Under the pieces are notes generated by a model. That model was given only the letters and a program-made list of their open reading frames with translations. It did not search any database and had not been told where the DNA came from. From the NCBI GenBank assembly GCA_030248215.1, contig JASANG010000932.1, positions 248,001-312,000 on the forward strand: a stretch of 64,000 nucleotides of DNA, given 5' to 3'. Shown in pieces: positions 62,801-64,000 of the stretch. Positions within the stretch are counted from its first letter, which is position 1; each line of letters starts with the position of its first letter. The position numbers and the translations under genes are program-made. Origin of the DNA: Enoplolaimus lenunculus (taxonomy: Eukaryota).

Positions 62801-64000
62801 ATATTCCTAATCCTAAGTTTAAGCGTAAGAATGAGCATATTCCTAATCCTAAGCTTAAGCGTAAGAATGAGCATATTCCTAATCCTAAGCTTAAGCGTAA
62901 GAATGAGCATATTCCTAAGCCTAAGCTTAAGCGTAAGAATGAGCATATTCCTAATCCTAAGCTTAAGCGTAAGAATGAGCATATTCCTAATCCTAAGCTT
63001 AAGCGTAAGAATGAGCATATTCCTAATCCTAAGCTTAAGCGTAAGAATGAGCATATTCCTAATCCTAAGTTTAAGCGTAAGAATGAGCATATTCCTAATC
63101 CTAAGCTTAAGCGTAAGAATGAGCATATTCCTAATCCTAAGCTTAAGCGTAAGAATGAGCATATTCCTAATCCTAAGCTTAAGCGTAAGAATGAGCATAT
63201 TCCTAATCCTAAGCTTAAGCGTAAGAATGAGCATATTCCTAATCCTAAGCTTAAGCGTAAGAATGAGCATATTCCTAACCCTAAGCTTAAGCGTAAGAAT
63301 GAGCATATTCCTAACCCTAAGCTTAAGCGTAAGAATGAGCATATTCCTAATCCTAAGCTTAAGCGTAAGAATGAGCATATTCCTAAGCCTAAGCTTAAGC
63401 GTAAGAATGAGCATATTCCTAACCCTAAGCTTAAGCGTAAGAATGAGCATATTTTTAATCCTAAGCTTAAGCGTAAGAATGAGCATATTTTTAATCCTAA
63501 GCTTAAGCGTAAGAATGAGCATATTCCTAACCCTAAGCTTAAGCGTAAGAATGAGCATATTCCTAATCCTAAGCTTAAGCGTAAGAATGAGCATATTCCT
63601 AATCCTAAGCTTAAGCGTAAGAATGAGCATACTCCTAAGCCTCAACGTAAGCCAAGCAAAAAGATTAGTCCAAATCTTAAGCTTGCTCTTTCTAGTCCCA
63701 CAGGAAAACGTTGCGCCCCTGATCTTTAGAAAGGCCGCTACCAATTATGCAAAAATTCAAAATTTAGCATATTTTGCAACCAAATATTAGTCGGCAATTT
63801 TTAGAATTTTCAGATCTGTCGTCTCCGCAATCTGTTTCCGTTTTCTAATTTATTACTCACTGACGATAGGTGCTACATACAGTTGACAATACGGCGCTGG
63901 ACACTGCTTACTGTGTAACTTATCACAATATGGTTTTCCTAGCATCCCAATGTTTGCCACAGGATTGGTACAATTGCATTCGAGTAATGTTTCATACAAT
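56850..64000 (-). CDS. DEG/ENaC/ASIC (amiloride-sensitive Na+ channel) family subunit, C-terminal part; 5'-partial
   Basis: Minus-strand exons >64000-63912, 61416-61320, 59915-59867, 59770-59697 (least certain), 58522-58450 and 56975-56850 splice in phase to LLECNCTNP..KPYCDKLHMSCVEN..VCHRPCPEPCRSVIYDATVTQVK..DVIQVKVYFGSLLY..TVISGVGGIMGISLGASAISCVEITYYY. This gives a Cys-rich thumb, CPxPC, a VYF strand and TM2 with the GAS filter. Confidence 0.9.
57994..58225 (-). mobile_element. TTAGGC-bearing MITE family B
   Basis: Both TIRs and (CCTAAG)4 blocks. Neighbouring shorter copies at ~57820-57958 and ~59232-59375. Confidence 0.85.
58530..58730. repeat. Degenerate (AAAT)n microsatellite
   Basis: Run of AAAT/AAGT units directly upstream (minus strand) of the DEG/ENaC acceptor at 58523. 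Confidence 0.85.
60309..60624. mobile_element. Family F (P-like) MITE
   Basis: CAAGAGTG terminus; TSD GTTAAAT/GTTACAT. Confidence 0.82.
60752..61025 (-). mobile_element. piggyBac-like MITE, diverged homolog of 27520-27782
   Basis: TTAA|ACCATTTCTCACAT...TGTGCGAAAATGGG|TTAA; shares the internal CCACAAGAC(A/G)TGA(A/G)AG block. Confidence 0.7.
61825..63736 (-). repeat. 36-bp satellite (~49 units, ~1.8 kb) expanded inside one family A MITE, in a DEG/ENaC intron
   Basis: Unit GCATATTCCTAATCCTAAGCTTAAGCGTAAGAATGA spans ~61860-63640. Both MITE ends are retained (GGCCAAATGTAAACAACAGGG; CGCCCCTGATCTTTAGAAAGGCC) and the flanks share ACCAAT. Confidence 0.95.

Noticed and set aside
61754..63790. 678-aa (+) and 652-aa (-) ORFs
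   Set aside because: Translations of a stop-free 36-bp satellite inside a MITE in a DEG/ENaC intron; no domain content.

Overview
AT-rich, intron-rich animal (invertebrate) genomic DNA. Four protein genes were reconstructed by manual splicing. (1) The 3' five exons of an ER thioredoxin of the TXNDC12/ERp18/AGR family (+, 2470-7696; WCHAC active site, C-terminal KREL), almost entirely missed by the ORF track. (2, 3) Two tandem, co-oriented LRRN/NLRR-type receptors (signal peptide-LRRNT-LRRs-LRRCT-Ig-FN3-TM; +, 21569-24811 and 47599-51785) with a shared intron position. (4) The 3' part of a DEG/ENaC/ASIC-family channel (-, ~56850 to beyond 64000). Non-coding DNA is packed with non-autonomous DNA transposons of at least 8 families, classified here from terminal repeats (TIRs) and target-site duplications (TSDs) only. 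The dominant one is a GGCC-ended, 8-bp-TSD (Merlin-like) MITE group carrying TTAGGC telomere-type repeats, roughly 40 copies or fragments, which repeatedly expands into satellites. Other oddities: tRNA-derived Pol III cassettes carried inside larger repeated units (one is a TTAA piggyBac-type MITE), a possible double UAG read-through tail and an extracellular polyQ in the second LRRN paralog, a hammerhead-like fold in a (TTAC)n-tailed repeat, and a frameshifted intronless ORF with a CxGC..H..GGC motif. No searches were run, so all family names are from motif recognition.
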